Virus record (IMG/VR): IMGVR_UViG_3300046004_001633
Coordinates: 1 to 36,791 of that record
Reading direction: 5' to 3' (one strand)
Origin: a virus
Taxonomy: Duplodnaviria > Heunggongvirae > Uroviricota > Caudoviricetes
Length of the DNA stretch: 36,791 nt
A model generated the notes under the pieces. The model was not told the DNA's origin. It saw only the letters and a program-made list of their open reading frames with translations, and searched no databases. Position numbers and translations under genes: made by a program. Positions 1 to 9,729 of the stretch are shown here, piece by piece. Each line of letters begins with the position of its first letter. Positions within the stretch are counted from its first letter, which is position 1.

Positions 1-249
1 TTTTGCAATATCATACACATTGCCACGTTCTGTAGCTTGTTCTAATAATGATTCTTTAAGATTTGAATCTGTATAAAATGATAATACATCGCCAACATAT
101 GCTGCTAGTTCAACAAATAACATCCCCGGGGATGATTCGTTAAAATCTGTATAAGTCTCCGGAAAGTATTGTTTTGTAAAATCAATTAAGTTTTTACGAA
201 ACTGACCAAAATCTTTTCCTATATACGATATATCTTTTTTTGTTTCCAT
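1..249 (-). CDS. Baseplate wedge subunit, T4 gp6-like (N-terminal 83 aa, runs off the window edge)
   Basis: Not in the ORF track. My translation from ATG 249: METKKDISYIGKDFGQFRKNLIDFTKQYFPETYTDFNESSPGMLFVELAAYVGDVLSFYTDSNLKESLL..., the typical gp6/baseplate-J N-terminus. Follows a gp25-like gene. Confidence 0.85.
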   Translation of the reverse strand, partial: METKKDISYIGKDFGQFRKNLIDFTKQYFPETYTDFNESSPGMLFVELAAYVGDVLSFYTDSNLKESLLEQATERGNVYDIAK

Positions 250-257
250 ATTATTCC

Positions 258-701
258 TTATTCAACCGAAATCGTGCCACTAGTTGTAGTTGTAAATGTA
301 ATTGATTGACCCGAAAAATTTTTAGTCGAATACTTTATTGTTATTTTTAAATTATGAACCAAATTTGGATCATCTTCATTTGTTATAATATCGACAGTAT
401 CAATATCTATATATGGCAACCAATAATTAATCGGAGCTGTAATTAGATCCGAAATATCTTCTTTTAAATCCGATATATTTGGTTCAAATACAATATTCAA
501 TAGATTGGTACCGAAGGCAGGTTGCATATATCGTTCACCAATTCTAGTTAATAATAATGATTTTAAATTTTGTTTAACTTGCTCCGGTGTAGTGTATATG
601 CTACTAAATAGTCCATGGGTACCGGTAGAAAATGCAACACCTAACCCAATGTTATTAGTTACAGTTACGATATTATTTACTGGTACAACTTGATATGCCA
701 T
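258..701 (-). CDS. Baseplate wedge protein, T4 gp25-like
   Basis: QVKQNLKSLLLTRIGERYMQPAFGTNLLNIVFEP motif of the gp25/GPW family; adjacent to the gp6-like gene. Confidence 0.9.
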   Translation of the reverse strand: MAYQVVPVNNIVTVTNNIGLGVAFSTGTHGLFSSIYTTPEQVKQNLKSLLLTRIGERYMQPAFGTNLLNIVFEPNISDLKEDISDLITAPINYWLPYIDIDTVDIITNEDDPNLVHNLKITIKYSTKNFSGQSITFTTTTSGTISVE

Positions 702-1201
702 TATCTATTTTTCTTTTTATCAATTGCTTTCATTAATGCAGAATAGTCTCTAGTAAGTGCAGACGCAACTTCAGGAGCTACTTCATATACTTTACCTGTT
801 TCAGGATCTTCCATTACCGCCGGCGCGCCTCCGCCCATTGCTTGTTGCATATTTTGGCGCATCATTCCAAAACCTTGGGCATCTTGAGATGTCATGTTAA
901 TTTCGTCTGCAGATTCATTCATCATTTCAGCGAAACTATTCATAGGCTGTGGCTGTTGATCATACATTGCCTCAGTTTCATTTAAAATTGATGCCCAACG
1001 ATTATCTTCAAACATTGGTTTTTTCTTTGTAGCAGGTTTCTGATCCCCGACAATACTTTTTTGTTTCGGAGGCTGTGCCATTTCTGAAATAGTAGGTTTT
1101 AAACCTTCTTTCAAAATCTCAGTTAGTTCTTGCTTAATAACCGTTTTTAGTTCTTCGCGGACTATCTTTCGTAGAGCTAATATAAATGTTTTATTATCCA
1201 T
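701..1201 (-). CDS. Hypothetical late protein (possible head-core/virion protein)
   Basis: 166-aa ORF. ATATTTAT late-type motif at 1217-1224; IVREE/ILKE motifs resembling prohead-protease sites. Confidence 0.6.
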   Translation of the reverse strand: MDNKTFILALRKIVREELKTVIKQELTEILKEGLKPTISEMAQPPKQKSIVGDQKPATKKKPMFEDNRWASILNETEAMYDQQPQPMNSFAEMMNESADEINMTSQDAQGFGMMRQNMQQAMGGGAPAVMEDPETGKVYEVAPEVASALTRDYSALMKAIDKKKNR

Positions 1202-1232
1202 AGTACTTATTTTTATATAAATATTGTAATTA

Positions 1233-2081
1233 TTAATTTCCGGGTGTTCCCCAATCAGTTATTGCTAGTTTCGGACCATATATTTTAGATGTAGTTGTAT
1301 CTATATAATAATCACCTAATTTCCCTAGGTCTCCCGCAGGATCGCCGGCTGCTTGGTACACTTTGCTAGGCGCTTCTTGCAACGATGTTAAAAGGTCTCT
1401 TTGTTGGGTTATAAGATCTTGAATAGTTGTCGACCTATCGGATAAATCAACGTCAGATACATTTTCTTCGGTATAGAATTCAGTACCAACTAAATCATTA
1501 TAATCACCATTAAATCCATCAGCACTAGTACCAGCCAATAAATCACTAGGTAATTCAATTTCACCTAACTCGCCATTACATGCATTTGACATTTTCGCCA
1601 TGGCAGCTAATAATGGCGGCACTATAGTTTTTAGTTTGGATGTTAATGTTATTGGAACTGTTGCAAATTGATTTAAGGACGCAATTGCGTTAACTATAGT
1701 TGCATCTTGTATTGCAGTTTGTAGTGCTGCAATGAAAACGCCGGCGGTTGGGAGACTTAATTGAGCTGCAGAAATTGTTGCTTTGATTCCAACAGCAATT
1801 GCTACAACTTGTTTAACTCCATCAATTGCAGTTTGTATTTTTGGAATAGCTTCTTGTACAGTTTGAACTTGAACTTGTATCTCCCCTAGCAGTTTTTTCA
1901 TTTTTTCGATGCGGGGATCATCACATTTTATATTAATTGGTAATTTAATAGAATCTTGTACAATTGTACTTACCTGATCTAATAATTTATCGGCTTGAAT
2001 ATCAATTTGTTCAACAATCTTATTAACTGCCTTGCCTGGAATTTTTGGTATAAAATCTAATGGTGGTACTATTGATGCCAT
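1233..2081 (-). CDS. Hypothetical baseplate-region protein
   Basis: 282 aa between the gp5-like and gp25-like genes; helical/hydrophobic middle; C-terminal GDPAGDLGKLGDYYIDTTTSKIYGPK motif of a type seen in tail/collagen-like proteins. Confidence 0.6.
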   Translation of the reverse strand: MASIVPPLDFIPKIPGKAVNKIVEQIDIQADKLLDQVSTIVQDSIKLPINIKCDDPRIEKMKKLLGEIQVQVQTVQEAIPKIQTAIDGVKQVVAIAVGIKATISAAQLSLPTAGVFIAALQTAIQDATIVNAIASLNQFATVPITLTSKLKTIVPPLLAAMAKMSNACNGELGEIELPSDLLAGTSADGFNGDYNDLVGTEFYTEENVSDVDLSDRSTTIQDLITQQRDLLTSLQEAPSKVYQAAGDPAGDLGKLGDYYIDTTTSKIYGPKLAITDWGTPGN

Positions 2082-2090
2082 AACTTATCC

Positions 2091-3143
2091 TTAATATGTA
2101 TTTTTTTGCATGAAATATTTCGAACTTAAAAGTTCTGTTAATAATGATTGAGCATCTTTTGCGTATGATGCATTATTTGTGTAGCCGCCTTCTGCTGCAT
2201 AAGTATCGCCGACTTGGATGCCAGACTGAAGTTGACTAATAATTTTTTGTAAAATGGTTAATAGAACATCGCCATGTACCATTGATTCCGATGCTAAATC
2301 GTTTCCTAGTTTTATCTCACCCGGCGTATTTAATATAATTGCTAGAGGAGAATCAATTACAGCAATATCAGTTTTAGCTTTAAGAATAATTCGATCTGCA
2401 ACTCCAATAAATTGCGATTTTGCAAATTGAGATTCATTCGGCAAATAACAACTGATAGGAGTTCTGGTATTGGAATTTCCTAGTAATAACTTAGGAATAC
2501 TTTGAGTACTAGTTAAATATAACGATGCATCATCTGATTCAATATTCTCAACCGCGAATTGTTTGTTCGGATAATTTTTTTGGCCATTTGATATTATAGT
2601 AATAGGATCGCCAGATTGTTTACCTTCCCATGGTCTATCGATACTATATGAATCTGATAAATCGACTGTACTACCGAATCGAATACTATTACCCCAACGA
2701 CCTTCTATTAATGAATCACCTTCGAATGGTTGTAACGGTGATATGATCTTTGGTTGAAATGTTGCGCCTGGTAATGTAGAATCAATTTGTTCTTGAGTTA
2801 ATTGTATTGAAAGTCCAGGAATTGAATTATCATTAATTGATGATTGGATATCTATAGTTGATATATAATACCAGCAGTAGCGCCATTTTAATGATGTAGA
2901 TTCTTGATTAAATGTTTTAACTAATAACACATATTCACCAACTAATGGAATACGTTTCATGTTAATATTAGCTGGCTTAGCAACTATAGGCTTTTTATTA
3001 AAATATGAACTGCAGCCGCGAACTTTAATAGCAAATAGATTATTTGTAGTGCTATTTGGAGATGCCGGATCTATATACTTATAAGTATTTTCATACGATA
3101 AGACCTCAGCAATTTCAAATTGAACCTGATCAGATTGTTCCAT
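2091..3143 (-). CDS. Baseplate hub/central spike protein, gp5 N-terminal-like
   Basis: RIPLVGEYVLL (OB-fold-like) and GDSLIEGRWGNSIRFGST motifs; baseplate gene context; no lysozyme domain seen. Confidence 0.65.
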   Translation of the reverse strand: MEQSDQVQFEIAEVLSYENTYKYIDPASPNSTTNNLFAIKVRGCSSYFNKKPIVAKPANINMKRIPLVGEYVLLVKTFNQESTSLKWRYCWYYISTIDIQSSINDNSIPGLSIQLTQEQIDSTLPGATFQPKIISPLQPFEGDSLIEGRWGNSIRFGSTVDLSDSYSIDRPWEGKQSGDPITIISNGQKNYPNKQFAVENIESDDASLYLTSTQSIPKLLLGNSNTRTPISCYLPNESQFAKSQFIGVADRIILKAKTDIAVIDSPLAIILNTPGEIKLGNDLASESMVHGDVLLTILQKIISQLQSGIQVGDTYAAEGGYTNNASYAKDAQSLLTELLSSKYFMQKNTY

Positions 3144-3570
3144 TTACATCCTTTCCCAACTTAGACTGAGCGACGGATATTTGTTGTTTTATTGCGTCTG
3201 CTTCATCATTAATACTTTGTATTTCATCTTCTAATTCTGAAGATAATGTTGATTCTGCAATTTTTAATAATTGTGTTTTTTCTTCATCACTTAATAATCC
3301 CTCCGCGCCTGCAATAGTTTGTTTGGTTGAAATAAATCTTTGAACAATTGCCGTTAATTTGACGAGGTGATCATCATTCTTAACGGCAACGTCTAAGTAT
3401 TCTTTAATTAATGGGACTATAATCGTAGCATCTGATGCATTACGTATAAGTGGTTGTAATTGAGCAATCAATTGATTGATCTGGCGGTCTTTTTTCCGAC
3501 TATTATGATATACATCAGACATTAAATCAGCAAAACTAGTGCCTTTAAATAATTCATCATTTTTATCCAT
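3130..3570 (-). CDS. Conserved phage hypothetical protein (helical)
   Basis: 146-aa ORF overlapping both neighbours by a few nt; IVPLIKEYLDVAVKNDDHLVKL; no function recognised. Confidence 0.7.
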   Translation of the reverse strand: MDKNDELFKGTSFADLMSDVYHNSRKKDRQINQLIAQLQPLIRNASDATIIVPLIKEYLDVAVKNDDHLVKLTAIVQRFISTKQTIAGAEGLLSDEEKTQLLKIAESTLSSELEDEIQSINDEADAIKQQISVAQSKLGKDVNGTI

Positions 3571-4255
3571 ATTTTTTCCATCCTATAAATGTATTAGATT
3601 TTATACGATATCGTACGGTGTGTACTGATATATTTAATATTTCGGCAGCATCGACTGCAGATTGATATTTAATTCCATTAATTACAACAGGCTTAGAATT
3701 AATACCTTTAACTAAACCAGTTTTACCTTTATTCCATGGGACATTTCCTAATTTAGCATTTGACATTTTCTTTTTAGTTATATCATTAAATGTAATTCCT
3801 AACCTTGCTTTAGAAATATTTTCTCGATGTATTTTACTTTTTTTAACACCCGTCATTGTTTTAGATATTTTTTGTATAGTATCATTAGTATGATTAATGT
3901 TGCCATTTTTTCTTTTAGTTTCAATACCTCTCTGAATAACTTCATTACTCATACAGCCGCCGTCACCGCCATATGTTAAGTTGTATCCGTTATTTTTAAA
4001 GTATGAATTATATTTTTTAATATAAAAGATTTCTCGATCATTTATATTATTAATATCAACATGTTTTTCTATTATAGAAATAGAAAACGATTCCCACGAA
4101 TATTTTTGTATTGATTTATACAGCAATGAATTAGTATTAACTTTTTTAGAATTAGTTTTATGTTCGATTAATCTTCGTTTTAACGGTCTAGATGTTTTTC
4201 CGATATAACATTTTCCGTTTATTTTATTTTTAAACATATATATAAGGCCGTCCAT
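3563..4255 (-). mobile_element. Free-standing GIY-YIG homing endonuclease with NUMOD3-like repeats and C-terminal HTH
   Basis: GLIY...YIG, conserved R (RRLIEH), E (DREIFYI) and GYN motifs; HTNDTIQKIS / KSKIHRENISKARLG NUMOD3-like repeats; own ATATTTAT motif at 4273-4280. Confidence 0.9.
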
Positions 4256-4279
4256 AATTCAAATCCTTTAATATAAATA

Positions 4280-4981
4280 TCAAAAAGGTAGATTTATGAA
4301 GTTTTCTTGTTCATATTCTAAGAATTTAGTTTCATACAATTCTTTAAGTACTTTTATTACACGAGTAATATTCGAAGTTTCTAACCCAGATCTTTCACGA
4401 ATAAAAATATACAAAGCTTTTTTATTAAAGTCTTCTATATTTTCTCGAGACTCAAAAATATGTAATATCGAGTCAGCAACATGAATATCAGTTGGATTAG
4501 TAAAAATAAAATTTAAGTTGTTATAACAATGTTCAATATAAGCATCCATAAATTCCCGAAGTGTTTCTCGCATATCATCATTATGCATTTCGATTCCAAT
4601 ATTTCTTTGTTCATCGATATCTAATTCACCGGTATCTGCTTTAAGTTTTGCATAACCTTTTTGATTCTCAGCAATTAAATAATTAAATGATGTTCTGGTA
4701 TAATAAGAATATGCTTTACCGGCAGTTGGATTAAATTTACGAAGTCTTTCAGTTAAGTAAGTAACTAGATCAGTTTGTAAATCTAAAAATGAACTATCGA
4801 TATAAACCGGTTTCATTTTATTAATTAGATTCTCTGCCATTTTCATGAAAGCTGGATAAATAAATCTTCGGTAAACGCGTTCCCGGAGAACTGGTCTATC
4901 TTCAATCCGATTATAAGCAGAAATTGCCATATCCTGGATCTTTGTGAAATATACATTACTTTTCTTCTTGCGCTTGGCCAT
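4280..4981 (-). CDS. Putative late-transcription sigma factor, T4 gp55-like
   Basis: N-terminal YF motif and KFNPTAGKAYSYYTRTSFNYLI resembling the gp55/sigma region 2 FDP..K..AYFT motif; 233 aa, no region-4 HTH seen; sits among late genes. Confidence 0.6.
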   Translation of the reverse strand: MAKRKKKSNVYFTKIQDMAISAYNRIEDRPVLRERVYRRFIYPAFMKMAENLINKMKPVYIDSSFLDLQTDLVTYLTERLRKFNPTAGKAYSYYTRTSFNYLIAENQKGYAKLKADTGELDIDEQRNIGIEMHNDDMRETLREFMDAYIEHCYNNLNFIFTNPTDIHVADSILHIFESRENIEDFNKKALYIFIRERSGLETSNITRVIKVLKELYETKFLEYEQENFINLPF

Positions 4982-5255
4982 CGAATGTGTCTTTAAGTTC
5001 GGTTATTGTTTGTTGTAATAATTGGAAAGTGGTTCCTGCTTCATCATCTTTTTCAAAAGCTCCTAGTCGATCGATTTCTTGCATTTTAGTATATGAATCT
5101 TCAATTCGAGAATACATATAAGAGTTAGTTAGTTCTAATTCTTCAATATATTCCTGAGCATCTGAAACAGATCCTGCTAGATAATATGCGCGATAACCTA
5201 AATAGGAAGCGGCTCCTGCTAGCAAGACTGATATTAATATAAGTGCTATAATCAT
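4956..5255 (-). CDS. Membrane-anchored coiled-coil hypothetical protein
   Basis: N-terminal hydrophobic helix MIIALILISVLLAGAASYLGY followed by a heptad-like acidic region. Confidence 0.65.
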   Translation of the reverse strand: MIIALILISVLLAGAASYLGYRAYYLAGSVSDAQEYIEELELTNSYMYSRIEDSYTKMQEIDRLGAFEKDDEAGTTFQLLQQTITELKDTFDGQAQEEK

Positions 5256-5257
5256 AA

Positions 5258-6043
5258 TTATTCTGCGTTAAATGAACTAAATATGCTAGATATATCTGTC
5301 ATAGCTTGACCAACCGTTGGATTAGCTTCTGCTAGATTCTTTAATCCATTGCTTTTTGTAGTTTTAGATTTTTCAACAACTGCTACTGGAGTTCCTTCTT
5401 TCTTGTTTCGCCATCTTTCAAATTCAATTGTAGATGCCATATGATCTGCATGGTGCAATATAATAGGTAAATTGGTCTTTAATTTTGATTGAGGTGATCT
5501 AGAAACAAAGTATGGTTTATTTGCATCATCATACATTCCATCGTGGATCTTAATTGCTTGATACTCGGTCCAAGACATTTTAACATCGTATTCTTGCAAC
5601 AACCAAATAGAAAGGTCTGGTACCATTGCAAACGGAATTGCTGGATTTGTTTTATAAAGCTTTCCTTGATTCTTACGATGCCAATCAGAAGTCTCAGTTT
5701 GATACACTTCATTACCTTCGCCTGGGAATCCTGCTTTACCTAAATCATGATGCATTGCTGCAAACAATAATTCTTCTTCAGTATACCCAGACATATCAGC
5801 CCCCATGACAGTCCATGTATTATGCAAAGTTAACGCACAATCCATTACTCGGAGTACATGATCTACATAACCTCCAGCAAATGCATTATGAAAATGTTCC
5901 ATAGAAGAAGCTGGCATGAATACCATACGTTCTTCTAATTCATCATACATTTTATTTAAGGCATCTTTCCGGGTAGGGAAGAACTCATCAACTAACTTGC
6001 GGTATCTTTCCCAATTGGATTTTATTTTTTCTGCTTCTAACAT
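5258..6043 (-). CDS. HD-domain metal-dependent phosphohydrolase
   Basis: GGYVDHVLRV, HHDLGK, IHDG and HHADH motifs of the HD superfamily; promoter TTGGAA-N17-TATATT upstream (~6057-6087). Confidence 0.85.
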   Translation of the reverse strand: MLEAEKIKSNWERYRKLVDEFFPTRKDALNKMYDELEERMVFMPASSMEHFHNAFAGGYVDHVLRVMDCALTLHNTWTVMGADMSGYTEEELLFAAMHHDLGKAGFPGEGNEVYQTETSDWHRKNQGKLYKTNPAIPFAMVPDLSIWLLQEYDVKMSWTEYQAIKIHDGMYDDANKPYFVSRSPQSKLKTNLPIILHHADHMASTIEFERWRNKKEGTPVAVVEKSKTTKSNGLKNLAEANPTVGQAMTDISSIFSSFNAE

Positions 6044-6069
6044 AACTAGTTTATATAGAATATAATAAA

Positions 6070-6234
6070 TTATTTGGATATTTCCAAATGTTCTCCATTA
6101 ACTAATTTCTGAGTACATTGCCAACATGTAATAGCGGTCGCATTGTTATCAACACGATCGCTTACATTATCACAAAATTTACATTTTAGTTTTTTGAATC
6201 CTCGAGGAGCTGAGGAACTTTTCTTTTTTGCCAT
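6070..6234 (-). CDS. Small Zn-ribbon-like protein (54 aa)
   Basis: Not in the ORF track. MAKKKSSSAPRGFKKLKCKFCDNVSDRVDNNATAITCWQCTQKLVNGEHLEISK has two CxxC pairs and packs tightly between neighbours. Confidence 0.7.
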   Translation of the reverse strand: MAKKKSSSAPRGFKKLKCKFCDNVSDRVDNNATAITCWQCTQKLVNGEHLEISK

Positions 6235-6243
6235 AAATTTAAT

Positions 6244-6423
6244 TTATTCTCGGTCTATCCAATAGCGAGCAGATTCTAATTTTTTTAGAGCTTCTGTTAA
6301 ATTATGCATAACTGAATTGAAATCAGTCTTTCCTTCTTTCAATGTTCTTCCAACATTTCTTACAATTTCGCGAGCATCCTCGATGTCGTCCGTAATCTTA
6401 GCTTTGTACTTGTAATGAGCCAT
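6244..6423 (-). CDS. Hypothetical protein (59 aa)
   Basis: Not in the ORF track. MAHYKYKAKITDDIEDAREIVRNVGRTLKEGKTDFNSVMHNLTEALKKLESARYWIDRE; ATATTTAT motif at 6465-6472. Confidence 0.65.
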   Translation of the reverse strand: MAHYKYKAKITDDIEDAREIVRNVGRTLKEGKTDFNSVMHNLTEALKKLESARYWIDRE

Positions 6424-6471
6424 AACGTGTTTTTTATTATTGATTTATATTGCTTTTATTATATATAAATA

Positions 6472-7497
6472 TCAATCGGCTAGAATCATGCTGGTTTTAC
6501 AACATTCAACACCTATTTGAATTAGTGCTTGTTCTTTTGCCTTTGCTTCAACAACTATATCTAAATCAGCAACTCCATATGTATCCGGAAGAGCCAATAT
6601 ATAGTCAGCATGTGCTTGTTCTTTGATCTTAGTAAACTCTTTATATTGTTTCTGGAAAGTTGGCCATTTATCTAGATCCTCCATTGCAATACCATGATGC
6701 TCAAACATTGTTTCAATTTGTTTCTGAGATTCTCGACGACGAGATTCTGAATAATGAGTGCATTGAGTAACACCATGTTTCTCCCATGTTTCGCGAGCCA
6801 TGAAGAATGCTTGCTCCTCAGTTAAGTCACCGGTATTAAATGTATGGTGCCAATAATCAAATGTAATTGGAATACCAATCTGAGAATGCACTCGCTCATA
6901 TAAGTCTCGGACTGAGTACATGGAAGCCTTATCATCATTTTCGATAACTAGGCGGGCCTTGCAAGAATCAGATAACCGATCCCAATTCTTCAACCAACGT
7001 GTAATAGTTGAATCTTTATCATTGTATGTAGCACCAATATGAATATTAATTTTATTCTCAAAGCTAGGGACAAACCCCATTATATCAAACAATTCAGAAT
7101 GTCGTTCCAAACTAACTAAGCTGTTATCAACAATTACTGCATCTGGACTACCTAGTATATGAAACATACCAGGATGCGTAGTAACTCGATGACCATGTGC
7201 TTTTGCAAAGTCACCCGCAGCTTTTAAGTAGGTCGAAATTTCTTCAATACCAGGCAAGTCATCTAACTCATAATGATTCCATCTAGGAAATAATTCACTA
7301 CCAATACGGAATAAACGAATACCATTGGCTTCATTCCATTTGAAAATAGTTAATAAATCTTTTGCATTTGCTAGTGCGATATCGCTAGCTAATTGTAGTC
7401 CACCAATCTTAAACTTTCGTTCAATCATAGTGCGACCGGTGCGGATATTTTGTCCTCCTAATTCTAAATTATTACAGGCATAACCAAATCTAATCAT
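6472..7497 (-). CDS. uvsE: UV DNA damage repair endonuclease (UvsE/UVDE family)
   Basis: RFGYAC, IRLFRIGSELFP, THPG, INIHIG, LVIENDD, FDYWHH and QAHADY motifs. Start moved to MIRFGYAC (7497), which follows a promoter and an AAAAAGAG leader. Confidence 0.92.
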   Translation of the reverse strand: MIRFGYACNNLELGGQNIRTGRTMIERKFKIGGLQLASDIALANAKDLLTIFKWNEANGIRLFRIGSELFPRWNHYELDDLPGIEEISTYLKAAGDFAKAHGHRVTTHPGMFHILGSPDAVIVDNSLVSLERHSELFDIMGFVPSFENKINIHIGATYNDKDSTITRWLKNWDRLSDSCKARLVIENDDKASMYSVRDLYERVHSQIGIPITFDYWHHTFNTGDLTEEQAFFMARETWEKHGVTQCTHYSESRRRESQKQIETMFEHHGIAMEDLDKWPTFQKQYKEFTKIKEQAHADYILALPDTYGVADLDIVVEAKAKEQALIQIGVECCKTSMILAD

Positions 7498-7577
7498 AGC
7501 TCTTTTTCTATATAATAAGAAAAATAATTCACAAATCCAAAATATCAATGAATTACTATTTTGTGATATTTATTAAT

Positions 7578-9680
7578 ATGACACAACTGAATAAAATTAT
7601 AAAATTGGTATTAGATGAACAATCAACTAGTCCAGGAGTTGCTGCGGCTAGACTTATAGCTAAGAAAATTTATAACGCAAAAGGTATTGCATGGGATGAT
7701 GAATTTGCGGCACTTCAAGCAATTTTATCTATTAAAGATATAACTCAATTTAATTTAGTTCAAAAAGAATTACAAAAATTATCCGGTGGGAAAGGAATCG
7801 CACAATTTGTTTCTGAATTTATTGTTGTGCGAGATTCAATGAATGCCGAGTATGCTCCTACGACGATCCGGTATATAAAATCGATTATAGCACATTTAAC
7901 TAATATTGGAGCTTACAAACAGACAATCAATATATTCAATGAAAAATTAAAATGGATAACCAATTGGTCTAAAGTAAACGCAAACCTAGCATCAAAAGGC
8001 GCAGGCCAAACACAATTTGCATGGGAAACATTCGCGGAAAAAGCAGCAGTCGATCCTGAATTTAAACATAATTATCTAACTAGCTTGCAAATCTTGGCAA
8101 CATTTATTCCAGTTATCGGATGGATTGTTTCTGCAGAAATCGGGCTTGGAAACGCATATGTATATTATCAAGAAGGTGATACTAAACAAGCTGGCCTAGA
8201 AGCAATATTTGCTGCTATACCTGGCCTAGGTTTTGCTAGCAAGCTAGGACTTAGTAAAATAGCTCCAAAAGTGATGGCTGGATTAGGAAAGAAATTGGCA
8301 TTAAACCAAACTAAAAATCTTACTAAACAAGAAATACGAATATTAGATATACTAGGTAAGAATCAAAAAGCACTTAAAACTGAACTAGATAACTACTTTA
8401 AAACTGGAATAGCTAAAAGTGCTAAACAACTATCACGTGATAAAATAGCAGCTGCTACTAAAAAATATGGAATAGGTTTAGCAAAGACTTCTGGGACATT
8501 AGCTTCATATATGACAATAGCAAAGTTATATAGTGATGTGTATGATGCAAATGCGCCACAAATAACAGATTCTGAATTACTGGCATTAAATAATAAATTA
8601 GATGCTGACTTTGAACGATGGCTAGCTACCCGATATAGAAGTAAAATATCAGACGGTATTGTCCAAACTAATAATACCAAACTAAATGAAGCTCCAATTG
8701 ATGCATTGAATTTTATTATAAATAATCCTGCAACTAGTGCAGTATATGCCGCCGCTGCCTCTGCTGTAATAATTGCTTTCAGTAAACGACTCAGATCATT
8801 GTTGATAAAACTTCCATTGGTGAAGCAAATTCCGGCAATGTATAATGATCTTCGAGATCGAAACTTCTTAATAAGAAATGGCTTAAAAGAAGCCGGTCAA
8901 ATTAAACAACTATATAAATCTGGGGAGATGCTTAGTACATATGAAGATATTTGGCGTAACACAGAAGCTGCAGTAAAACGTGGTGAAATGACTCCACAAG
9001 AAGCCATGAAATCTATTAAGTTTATAAAAACACCAGGTACTGCAAAACTAACATTTAAACAACTTACAGCATATTATGATGATGCTGTCAGGACAAAGGG
9101 TATGGTAAAGAGTGCTGCGAGTGCAAAAGCAGTGGCAGCAACACCAAAAACAGCATCAGCTGAATTTGAAAAATTTATAATGAGTTCAGACCCAACATTA
9201 TCCGCGATTCCAAAAGCAACTCCTAAAGTTGACGCAGCTCTTACCGCAGTACAAGATATCCCGGTAAGAAAATGGGTAGATTGGGAAAAAGCACATGCAA
9301 AGCAAGGAGACTTAGCAAGAGCAATCGAAACATTGGATGCTCGCAGCAAACAAGAGTATAAACTATTTAAATGGTTAGTTGGCGTATTAACGGGGGTGCC
9401 AATTGGACTATGGGGGTTAATGAAAGTGTATCAATCATCTGATTCAAAATCAACCGCAAAAGCAAATTGGCCTGAATTTAAAAAATGGTTGGATATTCGC
9501 AACATGAAACCTGCCGAAATTAAGACGACTACTACCACAAAGAAAAAACCAACCACAGTACCTACCACAACTAAGGCTCCGGTTGTTCGTACCGATATCG
9601 ACCCAACGGATACTACTTCGAAGGCTAGTAATGCGCAAGCGCCGGCTGAAACCGAAGATCAATTTACTGGATTCCAATAA
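7578..9680 (+). CDS. Large probable virion/internal protein with hydrophobic helical hairpin
   Basis: Start moved to MTQLNK (7578), 4 nt after ATATTTAT; hydrophobic segment ILATFIPVIGWIVSAEIGLG...AIFAAIPGLG; Thr/Lys-rich C-terminus. Confidence 0.6.
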   Translation: MTQLNKIIKLVLDEQSTSPGVAAARLIAKKIYNAKGIAWDDEFAALQAILSIKDITQFNLVQKELQKLSGGKGIAQFVSEFIVVRDSMNAEYAPTTIRYIKSIIAHLTNIGAYKQTINIFNEKLKWITNWSKVNANLASKGAGQTQFAWETFAEKAAVDPEFKHNYLTSLQILATFIPVIGWIVSAEIGLGNAYVYYQEGDTKQAGLEAIFAAIPGLGFASKLGLSKIAPKVMAGLGKKLALNQTKNLTKQEIRILDILGKNQKALKTELDNYFKTGIAKSAKQLSRDKIAAATKKYGIGLAKTSGTLASYMTIAKLYSDVYDANAPQITDSELLALNNKLDADFERWLATRYRSKISDGIVQTNNTKLNEAPIDALNFIINNPATSAVYAAAASAVIIAFSKRLRSLLIKLPLVKQIPAMYNDLRDRNFLIRNGLKEAGQIKQLYKSGEMLSTYEDIWRNTEAAVKRGEMTPQEAMKSIKFIKTPGTAKLTFKQLTAYYDDAVRTKGMVKSAASAKAVAATPKTASAEFEKFIMSSDPTLSAIPKATPKVDAALTAVQDIPVRKWVDWEKAHAKQGDLARAIETLDARSKQEYKLFKWLVGVLTGVPIGLWGLMKVYQSSDSKSTAKANWPEFKKWLDIRNMKPAEIKTTTTTKKKPTTVPTTTKAPVVRTDIDPTDTTSKASNAQAPAETEDQFTGFQ

Positions 9681-9729
9681 TCACGGTTAATTTAACTATA
9701 CAATATTTATATAAAAGAAATAAAACTAT

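Noticed and set aside
3563-4255. Endonuclease as part of a group I intron
   Set aside because: Flanking genes appear complete, with their own start and stop codons, and I see no intron core elements.
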